Shown here: positions 10,501-19,775 of the stretch, piece by piece
Position numbering within the stretch: the stretch's first letter is position 1
Layout of the letters: each line of letters begins with the position of its first letter
Assembly: GCF_018350175.1 (NCBI RefSeq)
Contig: NC_058368.1
Span: 174,222,001 to 174,286,000 of the forward strand
Direction: 5' to 3'
Length of the DNA stretch: 64,000 nucleotides
Source of the DNA: Felis catus
Taxonomy: Eukaryota
The notes under the pieces: generated by a model
Seen by the model: the letters and a program-made list of their open reading frames with translations, nothing else
The model's database searches: none
Told to the model about the DNA's origin: nothing
Position numbers and translations under genes: made by a program

Positions 10501-13393
10501 TCATGATCATCTCAATAGATGCAGAAGCATTTGCCAAAATTCAATATCCATTTATGATACAAGAAAACTCTCAAGAAAGTGGGTATACAAGGAACATACT
10601 TCAATATATTAAAGGCCACATATGACAAACCCACAGCTTACGTCATACTCAACAGTGAAAAGCTGAAAGCTTTTCCTCTAAGATCAAGAACAAGACAAGG
10701 ATGTCCCCTCTTGCCATTTTTATTCAACACCATATTGGAAGTCGTAGCCACAGCAGTTAGACAAGAAAAAGAAATTAAAAGCACCCAAATTGGAAAGGAA
10801 GAAGTAAAACTGTTGCTACTTGCTGATGACATGATACGATATCCAGAAAACCCTAAAGACTGCACCAAAAAACTGTTATAAATGAATTCAGCAAAGTTGC
10901 AGGATACAAAATCAACATACAGAAATCTGTTGCATTTCTCTACAGTAATAATGAACTATCAGAAAGAGAAATTAAGAAAACAGTGTCTTTAACAACTGAA
11001 TCAAAAAGAATAAAATACCTAGGAATAAATTTAACTAAGGTGGGGAAAGACCTGTACACTGAAAACTATAAAATACTGACCAGAGAAATTGAAGACACAA
11101 ATAAATGTCAAGACATTCCATGCTCATGGACTGAGAGAAGTGACATTGCTAAAATGTCCATACTGTCCAAAGCAAGATTCGATGCAATCCATATCAGAAT
11201 TCTGATGGCTTTTTTCACAGAACTAGAACAAATAATTCTAAAATGTGTATGGAACCATGAAAGACTTTCTCCAGCCAAAGCAATCTTGAGAAAGAAAAAC
11301 AAAGCTGGAGGTATCACACTCGGATTTCAAACCATACCGCTACACTACAGTAATCAAAACAATATGGCATTGGCGTAAAAACAGACATAGATCAACGGAC
11401 CAGGATAGAGAGCCCAGAAACAAACCCACACCAACCTGTAAGCAGTGGTGGGGTGGGACTTCTACTGGGGCTCCCTAGTTCCACACCAGAAGCAGGAGAA
11501 TACCCCAGCAGCTTTGCTGGGTAACAGCCAGGCACAGAGGCAGAGGTAACAAAGCAGCCAGTGGGATTCCAGTGTGCAGGGGGGCGGCCAGGCCCCTTCC
11601 TTAGGGGGGAGCTGCTCTGGGCACCTCTGCAAAAAGCACCATAAAGGCTGTTAAGAAATGCTGGAATCAGTGTGCCAAAAAAAGTTAGACTACTTTAGAA
11701 CCCAAACGATAAGAGTAAACAAAGCGAGGCTCTTGGCGGGGTAAGCTACGGGAAACTTCCTTTCTGAGCAACACTCCTTAAGAAGAATGCGCGCACGGCT
11801 CCTGGAACTCTTTCACGCCAGCTGCATCCGCAGAGGCCGAACTTGGAGCAGCCGATGAAGTCAACCCCCCACTCTCTTGTGCCGCCAACCTCTGGCCAAA
11901 CCCGGACATTGCCGGGGAGACATCACGGACAGCCACAGAGCAGCAGGCTGTCGGGAACCGTGGGCTCCCACCCCTCTCGGAAGCTCCCTTTCTGTGCCCT
12001 CGGTGCGAGTTACCTCACCTCTCTGGGCTCCCATGTAACACGGCCAGGGGGAAGGGCTGGGTTACCGTTAGGGGTGTCTTCCCTCTCCAACACCTGATTC
12101 AGAGCCTGTGGTTGGCTTCTGCTGTGAGGCCCGCCCCTGACACCACTATTTGGAGGGAGGCCCGTTGTGACATCCAAGTTAGAAAAGGGAACCAGGAATT
12201 TCTGCCTCCCACTAGTTCCTGCAACTTCCCTCTTTGAGTCTTGGTTTCCTGATCTCTGAAGTGAGGGCAGCATTATGCACCTCTTAGAGTTCTTGGGATA
12301 CCAGAACTAGATATTCACGCATTCATGCATTCATGCATTCGTTCATCCAACAAATATTACTGTGCCCATCCTATTAGGGATACAACAGTGAACAACACAG
12401 ACACGGTCCTGCCCTTGGGGAGCATGCTGTCCGGGGGTGCAGACATTAAACACACAGAAGGCCATCAAGAGGAATAAGATAGTCTGGACTGAGGCAAGGG
12501 TGCGTGGGGTACACGGCCTGAGAGGTCAGGATGAGACCTTTGTATTTTATTCCAAGAGCATCAGGAGTGGAAATCTGCTCTCTGGCTGCGGAGGGAGGGA
12601 GAGCAGATGGGGAGGGGGGCCTGAGCGGACAGCTGACCAGGGGCCTCGGAGAAGAAAGCACCTTGCCCTCCTCGCCTTCCTTTGCATCTCTTCTCCCAGG
12701 GTCTTTCTTGAGCTCTGACTCCAGCCTGCAGGTGCTCTGTCGGAATGAGGAAGCGCCACACCCAAGCGAGACTGTTGATACTCCAGGTGCCCATGAATAT
12801 TATCTCCCTGCCCTCGGAGATTACCCAGAGCAAATGAGCATGGAGAAAAAGGACCCAAGAGCCCTGGGAAGGGGCCCAAAGAACTCTGTCTACTCCTAGC
12901 TCCTCCAGTATTTGCACTGGACCTCAGATAGGTCACTGGCTTCCCGGTGTCCTTGTTTCCTCATCCGGGATCTATGGGACTAGCACTGAATCCAGGCTAA
13001 ATTTAAGTCCAGGTAGCATTTACTGTGCAAAGACCCCAAGCTTTGGGGTCAGACAAGCTTGGGCTGGAATCCTAGATTCCACGTTTGAGGCTGTGTGGCC
13101 TGACGCTGGCTACTTGGCTTCTGGAAGCCTGCGGCTGGCTGAGGGCCCACACTTTGAGAACCACTGCCCTAGAATAACACCCCTCAGGGAGGAGGACCTG
13201 TGATTCGCTCATGGCTATGCCTCAAGCAGGGCTGGCGTATAGCAATTCCTTGCTGTGTGCCTGGGGAGTCGGGGCGCTGAGAGGTTTGTTTTGGCAATGG
13301 CAGAAGTGGGTCGAGGGTGGGTGTGGGCCGTGGGATGTTGGCAAGAAACAGGAAGCGGGTAGAGCTTCTAATGCCAGGTGAGGAGCTGGGCCT

Positions 13394-13841
13394 TGTGGTA
13401 GCTGAACATGGTCCCCAGAGATGTCCACATCCTCATCGCTGGAACCTGAGCACGTTACCTTGTGTGGCAAAAAAGAACTTCGCAGGTGTGATTAAGTCAA
13501 GGAATTCGGGACAGAGAGATTATCCTGGATTATCCTGGTGGACTCTAAATATAGTCACAAGAGCCCTTATAAGAGAGAGGCAGGAGATCTGGCTATATAT
13601 GGGAGAAGGGGATATGACAAAGGAGACAAGAGGGACAAGTGATGGGAGAGAGGGGTCATGAGCCAAGGAGAGGAGCTGGAAAAGGCTTTGAAGTGGATTC
13701 TCCTCTGACGTCTCCAGGAGCAACCAGCCCCATCCACACCTTGATCTCAGACCTCCCAAACTGTTAAGAGAATCACTCTGTGTTGTTTTCAGCCACCAAG
13801 TTTGAGGTTTTCTGCTACAGAAGCCCTAGGAAATGGCTGCA
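13394..13841 (+). mobile_element. MLT1C/D-type MaLR solo LTR
   Basis: tgtggtag...ccccagagatgtccacatcct...gattatcctggattatc...gagccaagga...gctggaaaaggc...tgttgttttcagccaccaagttt...ctaggaaa. Confidence 0.85.
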
Positions 13842-16007
13842 GACCCCTCTATCCAGGAAGAACCGTGGAGGCCACTGAGTGGGGCGGGGCAGCACATGGG
13901 GAGAGGTGAGGAGGGTGGGGTGAAGGCAACCAATCAGGGGCAGGAGAGGCCACAGAGAAGGGAGGACGGGCCAGCCGGGCCCCTCCCTCCTAGAGTCTCC
14001 CGTTGGCTGGCACCCTGGCTGACCGTGTCCCTCCCTGCTCCAAGGGCAGGCCCAGGTAGTCCCTTCAGAATTCTCAGCTCAGACCTCCACCCACCTCAGC
14101 AGTGATAAGGGCCTTTGGTCAGGTCAGTGCTATCGGTCATCAGGGAAGCTGGGAGCCAACCTGATGGAGGGCCACATGAGGCCCTGATACCCTGGCAGTC
14201 TCAGCGTGAAAATCAACCTTCGGCTGTTCTTGGCCTCCTGCGCCCCCCGGTCCCCACCATCGTGTGAAACCCTCCAAGCAGTTCACCACCCTCCTCTGCC
14301 AAACCCCTCTGCCCACCGTTTCCAAGGCCTGGAGAACAGAGCATGGCCACAGCCACACAGAACATGTGCTCTGAAGGCTTTGGCTCTGTGGCCACTGGGC
14401 GTGATCGGGGCAGGCACAGCCTGGCTTCAGCTTCAGAGTCCCTCTCCCAGGGTGGCTGTGAAGGTCAGAAGAAAAGATGGGCATACACAGGGCGCCCAGC
14501 ACCCAGAGGACAGCCAGTGATGGGGGCTGCTATCTCTCTACTCAGAATGTGGCTCAGAATGTGGCTTTGGCGACACAGTAGCTTGCATCACTTGGGCCAT
14601 TTACTTCACTTTCCCGAGCCTCACTTTTCCCATCTGTAAAGCGGAGATTAAACAAGCACCTACTTCATGGGGTTGTGGGAAAAGCAAAATGAGGTCACGA
14701 GGCCGAAAGTACCACCCTGGATGAATAAGGTCTTTCCCGTCCCCGTTTAAGGCTCAGCTCAGAGGTCTACTCCCTGGGATGGGCTCCCTGGGCCACGAGC
14801 CACCTCATCCAGGCACCCAGCACGCTGGGTTGCGATCCTTGGCAAGTGCTGCACTGAACCGCTGCCCGTCTACTCTGCAACTAGACCATGTGCGATTACA
14901 GGTGGTGAGATGGATGCTTGGGGTGGGGTGGGGTGGGGGGCTTGCTTTATGTCCCTTTGCACCCTTAGCACCCAGCACAAGGGTGAGGACAGGATGCCCA
15001 CAGAATGATCACACACAGAAACAATGGCAAACGTGTAAAGCCGGCACCCAGTGGGTACCCAGTGTCAGCTCTTGTGGCTGAGTACTTACTGAATGCTGTT
15101 CCCTAAGGATTAGGGGCGAAGGTAGCCTATTAACCAGGGGATCACACGGGTAAGAGCAGTGGCTAGTGGCATGCATGACTACGCTGAATTGTGTCAATGG
15201 GCTTCTACAGTGTCTAAGCCCTTCTTCAAGGTCTACGCCCCGTGCTTTGTTCTTTGCTTCACGAGCTAAATTAGCTTTGTACTCGAGGTCGCTTTCTGAA
15301 TGAGGGAATGTGGAAGGACGTGGTCAGAAGGGGTCTTACCCATCAGGGCCAGATGTGGAAGTCTTTAGATCTGCATGTTGGAGAGACATTGCTGGGTGGT
15401 TTGGGGGACGGATCTGAGACGGAGAGTCTCAAGGTTAGGAGGTTGGAGCAGGAGCAACGAGGCTTGTTCCAGAAGGCTAGCAGTGGAGGGGTGGAGAGCC
15501 CAGGATCCAGGTCTATCGTGGGACACTCCATACCTGGCTGCTGCCAGGGCCAGAGGGACCATGAGGCCCAGGGGTCCAGTTGGGCCATTTTGCTCCCACA
15601 GCACTCCCCAGGGATCAGAACCCAGAGGGTGTGGGTCTGCAGCATCCGTCCAAGCTTTTCTCAAGTCCGATGCTCAATTATTGAAAGGAGACAAACGTCC
15701 CATTGGGGTTGTAGAGCCTGTTCACATCTCTTGGCTCACTTGTGCATCGGGCAACCCTGGGAGGTGAGTAGGGCAGGCTGCATGAGGACGGACCCCACCC
15801 TCTATGCGATGAGGAAACTGAAGCCCAAGAGGGACAGGGACTTGCTCAAACCACAGCACGAGTGAGGACAAAGCTGAGACCGGGGCTATGCAGTTGACTT
15901 TCCATCCTGTTCATCGCAATAAATGCCCAAAATGTCACTTCTGCATCTCCAGTGCTCAGCACAGTTCCAGGCATGTGGTGGGAAGTTGATAAATGTTTGC
16001 AGATAAA

Positions 16008-16200
16008 TGTATGTATGTATGTATGTATGTATGTATGTATGTATATGTGGATGGATGGATGGATGGATGGATGGATGGACGGATGGACAGGTGTATGTAT
16101 GTATGTATATGTGGATGGGTAGATGGACGGATGGACAGGTGTGTGTATGTATGTATGTACAGATGGATGTATATGTGGATGGAGGGACAGATGGATGGAA
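16008..16200. repeat. Compound (TATG)n/(GGAT)n microsatellite
   Basis: Directly visible alternating tatg, ggat and ggac blocks. Confidence 0.95.
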
Positions 16201-16211
16201 TGGTGAATGGG

Positions 16212-16242
16212 TCAGTCACACAGACCAGCATTCTGGCATGGT
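16212..16242 (-). other. HRH2: Candidate alternative last coding exon of HRH2 (coding part only; would append PCQNAGLCD*)
   Basis: Acceptor ttgctttccttactcttccaacAG|ACCATGCCAG. Splicing from the donor at 17357/17356 (1114-nt intron) gives AG+A CCA TGC CAG AAT GCT GGT CTG TGT GAC TGA. Confidence 0.4.
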
Positions 16243-17352
16243 CTGTTGGAAGAGTAAGGAAAGCAACATCTGTTGAGCACTGCAATGTGCCAGGTGTTCT
16301 ACCAGTGCCCATTCGTTCACCCCTCTCAACAGCTAGAGCTCCCCCAGACCTGTAAACACCCTCTCCGTGCAGTGGGTGAGCTTCCTCAGAGCCACTCAAG
16401 TGTTTGACGGAGTTTCCCTTAATACCCCGCATTGGCTTTGCCACCAGTGCATTTATCTACAGCTCGTTCTGATCCTGTTTTATCTTTTCAGCCTGGATAC
16501 CTCTTGGAGGTGGAATCCTGGGGTGTCCTCTCTCTTGCATCTCCTGTACCCCTAACATCCAATGCTCTCCGAGCCTATTTTTTTTATAGCCTCCTAGATT
16601 TTGCTCTATTCCCTTCTCCTCTCTCATGGGCCAGTGCCACACCCCTCTTCACCGATGGCCCCTTCTCATCCCTCTTGTCCACACCTTAGAACCAGAGCTC
16701 TCTATACAAAGCACAGAATTGCCTGGGTTACCCCCACCCTTGCTTCTAATCCTCCCACCTTCCCCTTAGACCTATGGTATAAGGTCCAAGCTCCTAGCCT
16801 GACCTTCAAGGCTGTGCCTTCCCAATTTGGCCAGTCCTCTTTCTCTTCTGACCCGAGTGCCCCTAGCATAAGAGCTGGTGCATAAGAGATGCTCAACGAA
16901 TGTGGACCGAGCTGGGTTTGTGGTTACTCCCCAGGTGGCAGCATCAGCGCATGGCCATTTGAAGGTGGTCCTGGAAAGCCTGGGTGAACACTTCAGATGA
17001 CGAACCAAGTGGCAGAGTTGGGCTTCAAACTCAGGGCTCCTGATTGTAAGGACAACGTAGCTAGAAAAAAGGGCCCACAAGTTCTGGAGTCAGAGGGCCT
17101 CTGTCCAGGTCCCAGCTGAGTGGCCCTGGCCAGGTTCTTTGAGATTTAATGTGGTCCTTTAAAAATGAAGGTACAAGATTCTACCTCGGGGGGATTTGGG
17201 AGGACGGAACCCCACGAGGTTTGCAAAGTGCTCACGAAGCGTTCCCAGCACAGAACGTTCAACCAGCACCTGGTGAACAGCCGCCACCTAAGGGTTACCA
17301 CTAGTGGGTCCCCCTCCCCATGCACTTGTCCTGCATACAAATGGCTGGGTGG

Positions 17353-18432
17353 TTACCTGTCTGTGGCTCCTTGAGGGGCTGTGGCCTCTGTCCCACTCCA
17401 CACCTGGAGCTTCAGGGGCTTGTCTTCCTGCCGCGTGGGTTCTCGGCTTTGATTCCTGGCCAGCTGAGAGCTGCCGGACCTCAGAGTAGTGTCGTGGGCA
17501 TTGTGGCTGGCAGGTCCGCAGCGGAAGAGCTGCTGGTATGCCGTGCGGAAGTCTCTGTTTAGTGTGGCGTACAGGATAGGGTTCAGGGCCGAGTTGGCAT
17601 AGCCCAGCCACAAAACGACGGCTTCAAAGGCCTCGTTGATGGCATCATCCCCTCTCAGCCCACGGTAAACAAACACAGTGAAATAGGGGAACCAGCAGAT
17701 AATGAAGGCTCCCATCACGGCGGCCAGCGTCACTGTGGCTTTGTGCTCCCCGATGGTAGCTGCCTTCCAAGAGCCGATATGGTGGATCCTCTTGGCCTGA
17801 TCCCGGGCAATCTTGAAAATGCGGTAGTAGGTGATGCACATGACCAGCAGAGGCAAGTAGAAGGTGACCAGCCCATCCACCAAGCCATACACCAAGTTGA
17901 CCTGGACTTTGCACTTGGGGATGGTGTGGTTGAAATTGCTGGTCTCATTCCTGCTGTTCCACCCCAGATGGATAGACAGAAAGGACAGGGTGATGGAAAT
18001 GACCCAAATTAAGACAAGAGAGACAGCCACTCGGATTGGGGTGACCAGCACAGGGTAGCGCAGGGGGTCCGTGACAGCGCAGTACCGGTCGAGGCTGATC
18101 ATGAAGAGGTTAAGGATGGAGGCCGTGCAGAGCATCACATCCAGGCTGGTATAGATATTGCAGAAGACCTTGCCGAAGCTCCACCTGCAGGATAGCTGGT
18201 AGAAGGCTGAGAAGGGCAGCACCAGGAGGCCAAGGAGCAGATCGGTGATGGCCAAAGACACAATGTAGCAGTTGGTCAGACTGCGGAGCCGGCGGTTCAG
18301 GCCCACAGCCAGGCAGACCACCACATTGCCGGCGACGGTGATGAGGATGAGGACAGCGAGGACCACGCTGACAGTGATCCTGCATGGGGGAGAGTCCAGA
18401 CAAAAGGAAGAGGCTGTGCCGTTAGGTACCAT
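17353..18432 (-). CDS. HRH2: Histamine H2 receptor, 359-aa isoform encoded within one exon (class A aminergic GPCR)
   Basis: Intact 359-aa ORF with 7 hydrophobic segments and the expected motifs: GN36 (TM1), D64 (2.50), C91/C174 disulfide pair, D98 (3.32), DRY 115-117, D186/T190 (H2-specific TM5), CWFPY 246-250, NPILY 284-288, C305, and the C-terminal ...[19 protein letters not shown] typical of H2R. Start context AGG-ATG-G is a good Kozak match. Confidence 0.99.
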   Translation of the reverse strand: MVPNGTASSFCLDSPPCRITVSVVLAVLILITVAGNVVVCLAVGLNRRLRSLTNCYIVSLAITDLLLGLLVLPFSAFYQLSCRWSFGKVFCNIYTSLDVMLCTASILNLFMISLDRYCAVTDPLRYPVLVTPIRVAVSLVLIWVISITLSFLSIHLGWNSRNETSNFNHTIPKCKVQVNLVYGLVDGLVTFYLPLLVMCITYYRIFKIARDQAKRIHHIGSWKAATIGEHKATVTLAAVMGAFIICWFPYFTVFVYRGLRGDDAINEAFEAVVLWLGYANSALNPILYATLNRDFRTAYQQLFRCGPASHNAHDTTLRSGSSQLARNQSREPTRQEDKPLKLQVWSGTEATAPQGATDR

Positions 18433-18935
18433 CCTGGAACCTCACGGCTCCTTCCTCTGCCCACGGCCCCTGGCCGCTGCTCGTTCAGCTCCCCCGGGTG
18501 TCAGTTATGTCAATCACTGGGCTCTAGGCTTCCGGGAGAGCCAAAAGAAAATGTCCAGACATGGGGAGGCTACGATGACTGCCGCAGTCCTGCTTTTCTA
18601 GAAATAAATAGAGCCGTCTCCGAGGAGGTATTGGGCATGAACATGAATGAAGAAGAGCGAAGGAAGAGAGAAGGTTCTTGGTTCAAATTCCAGTCCTCGA
18701 ATTACCCCCTGCAGAGCCAGCTTCCTCCAAGGACTGAAGCAGGTCTCCACTCTCCAGGTCTTGCATAGAGACTGAGGCACCAGAGCATGTGTCTGGAGGT
18801 GGCTTTGGTTTTATGCAGGAGAGATCACGTGGAGACGTGGCCACATCGTTCTCCATAGCTGATGGATGCTCCCACCCATGCGACGGGGGTCAAGGACTGC
18901 TGCGTCTGCCTCTTAGGACCATTGGAGAACAGGAG
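18433..18935 (-). other. HRH2: 5' UTR part of the HRH2 coding exon (exon 2), splice acceptor at 18936-18937
   Basis: Minus strand reads cacttgacccttgcattttcAG|ctcctg: branch-like TTGAC, pyrimidine tract and AG, 503 nt upstream of the ATG. This fits the recalled mammalian HRH2 structure with a ~0.5 kb leader in the coding exon. Confidence 0.75.
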
Positions 18936-19406
18936 CTGAAAATGCAAGGGTCAAGTGTTGAACACTTTGCAATCAGACTAAGAGCGTGACTGATTCAAGG
19001 CGAATCCGTCTAGACCTCGATCTCCCGGCGAGGCTCCAGGAGGCACAGAGCCAATCTGGACACCTCTCCTTAGGAGGGACTGAGGCAATCAGGATACACA
19101 GTGGGAGGAGGAAGGGAGGCAGAGTGCAAGGGAGTGGACCACTGTGTCACCTAGTGAGATACGGCTGGAGTGGATACTTACACGGGAGAAAGAAAGAACT
19201 AAGACAGAGACTCTAGACACAAGAACAGGGACTGCATTTGCTGTTCACTGCTGGTCCCCAGTGCCTGACCCCACAGGGAGGCATTAAGCATCTAATGGAT
19301 AAATGATAAAATGAATGAATAAATCAGCAAGTGTAATGAATTTACTCTGATAAAGCACGGAGAACTTGACGCTGTGGGTTTTACAAAACGTCACCACACA
19401 GTAAGC

Positions 19407-19775
19407 CAGGAGCTGGCAAAGTTTCTCAGGAGCAGGCCAGGTAGTCAGTATTTTCCGCCGTGCAACCCCCAAGGTCTCTGCTGCAATGACTCGACTCTGT
19501 CACTGTAGCACGAGGGCACCTACACAGACAAGGTGCAAATGAATGAGTGTGGCTGCGCTCCCAGGAGGCTTTACTATGGATGCTGAAATTGGGAATTTCA
19601 CGTAATTTTCACGTGTCTCCAAACAGTGTTCCTCTTTTGATTTTTTTCTAACTCTTTTTAAAAACGATTTCCAAACTATTTAAAAATGTAAAAGCCATCC
19701 TGAGCTCACAGGTTGCACAAAACCGGGCAGAGGGCCAGATTTTGTCCGCTGTCATAGTTCGCCAGCGGCACCTGC
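19407..19775 (+). mobile_element. MER58B-like hAT-Charlie DNA transposon relic
   Basis: caggagctggcaaagtttc...ggccaggtagtcagtatttt...aatgaatgagtgtggctg...aatttcacgtaattttcacgtg...ggccagattttg. Confidence 0.8.

Larger units (their letters stand above)
5216..11431 (+). mobile_element. Degenerate LINE-1 with 5' UTR, ORF1 (~6975-7830) and most of ORF2 (~8279-11431); 3' end missing; interrupted by 4 SINEs
   Basis: 5' end with YY1 motif CAAGATGGCGGC (5222-5233). ORF1-like EEIMAENFSNL; ORF2 endonuclease CLQETYF and IFSDHNGMEL; RT motifs [10 protein letters not shown] and [29 protein letters not shown]. Many stops and frameshifts. Confidence 0.95.

Noticed and set aside
10579..11378. Reverse-transcriptase-like ORFs as a novel RT system
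   Set aside because: They are ordinary broken LINE-1 ORF2 fragments. The catalytic motif reads LADD and the frame is disrupted.
15308..15865. 185-aa plus-strand ORF
   Set aside because: No domain similarity; it ends in MIR sequence (MRKLKPKR from gatgaggaaactgaag).
16008..16200. Repeat-spacer (CRISPR-like) periodicity
   Set aside because: It is a compound tetranucleotide microsatellite with no unique spacers, in mammalian DNA.
15956..16444. 162-aa minus-strand ORF as an independent gene or in-frame HRH2 extension
   Set aside because: It is kept open by a microsatellite and is not in frame with the HRH2 donor through the 16243 acceptor.
17145..17150. ATTAAA (minus strand) as the HRH2 poly(A) signal
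   Set aside because: It is a single variant hexamer within MIR-like sequence and cannot be supported without 3'-end data.
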